Positions 63,060-64,000 of a DNA stretch of 64,000 bases are shown here, piece by piece. The notes under the pieces were generated by a model. That model was not told the origin of the DNA. It searched no databases and saw only the letters and a list, made by a program, of their open reading frames with translations. How positions within the stretch are numbered: position 1 is the stretch's first letter; each line of letters starts with the position of its first letter. The DNA is from Tubulanus polymorphus (lineage: Eukaryota > Animalia > Nemertea), in NCBI RefSeq assembly GCF_964204645.1, contig NC_134033.1:3430131-3494130 (forward strand), in the 5' to 3' direction. The position numbers and the translations under genes are program-made.

Positions 63060-63384
63060 ACCGCGGGTTCCCGGGTTCCGGTATCACTCCCGAACTCGCT
63101 TCCACCAGCCCCCTGGCCTCACGAAGCGTGATTTCCTTACTGGCGCTGTTGCGCGTGACGTCATATATCGATTTGCGAAATACTTCCTTGTTCGGTAAAA
63201 CGTTCGCTGATTGGTCAATTTAACGGGAAAACCAACAGAAGTCTACTGACGGTTTGTTACAAGCGCTGTGATTGGTACGACCGGAATCTGGTCGGCTAGT
63301 AACGACTCCAACGACTCGTGAGGTCAAGGGGTTCGGCGAACGGCTTTAGCGTAGAGGGTTCGGATCCCTTGACGGGTGAAGATG
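63060..63384. mobile_element. Copy of the 24592-24860 Mutator-like element
   Basis: Near-identical body, ending cccttgacgggtgaagatg. Confidence 0.8.
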
Positions 63385-64000
63385 CGTTGAATATGGGTTG
63401 GCTCGAGCCGCGGAGCCGACCAGTACGGGGAAATTTCCCCATAGCGGGCTGTCCATTGTGGGGTAGTCTCCGCGCATGTAGTTATCGCATCTTTGGATAG
63501 ATGTCGTACGAGGTGGATATTTCTAGTGAAGTAAATTATATGTACATGTATTGACCTCGATATACTTTTTATTCTAGTCGGGAGAATAAACGTTTCTTGT
63601 ATCTTATCTCTTGTCCTAGTGAACAGTTTATTCCAATTCAGGATCGGGTGAAATCTTTTACCTGTAAATTTCTTAGTAAAAGCAGTTGTGGAACGAGATA
63701 TTCGACATTCGTAACACGTAAAAACTTCGAGATGACATCGCTCGTGAGACTGGTAATGAGGGCTGCAAGTTCGGCATCCCGACTTTCTTCTTCAACAAGT
63801 TCAATTTCTTCGACGAGGCAGTTTTCAGCAAGTGTCGCTTCGCAGAAAGAATTGAACCGGCCCCCGACTGGTAATGAAGTTTATAGAGCCGGAGGTATAG
63901 CTACTATGGCTAGATTGCCGTTACAGTCAACAGCTGAAGGTAAAAGCAAATAGAATTTCAAGCTCAAAACTAGGGAAATACGTACCAGGGCGGATCTAGG

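Overview
Repeat-rich, AT-rich eukaryotic DNA from an invertebrate animal (lophotrochozoan-like; the species cannot be determined from the sequence). It has spliceosomal GT-AG introns and no prokaryotic features. Four spliced genes lie in tandem on the minus strand. From right to left they are a WD40 + SOCS-box (WSB-like) gene, a NACHT-LRR NLR gene, a complete 14-coding-exon IFT81 gene (about 683 aa) and a secreted double PAN/apple-domain gene with a partial duplicate. There are four intronless class A (peptide-receptor-like) GPCR loci: two intact free-standing genes, one MITE-disrupted pseudogene and one intact gene nested on the same strand inside an IFT81 intron. The rest is a degenerate RTE-X-like LINE, LINE fragments, tRNA-derived SINEs, a tRNA-Arg pseudogene, a probable solo LTR, several MITE families with visible TIRs/TSDs, Penelope-like fragments with hammerhead-ribozyme motifs, and many minisatellites. 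The most notable observation is that the NLR's first coding exon encodes a tandem pair of 21-aa RHIM-like motifs in place of a death-fold domain, suggesting an amyloid-signalling NLR. Coordinates were read by eye and may be off by a few bases.
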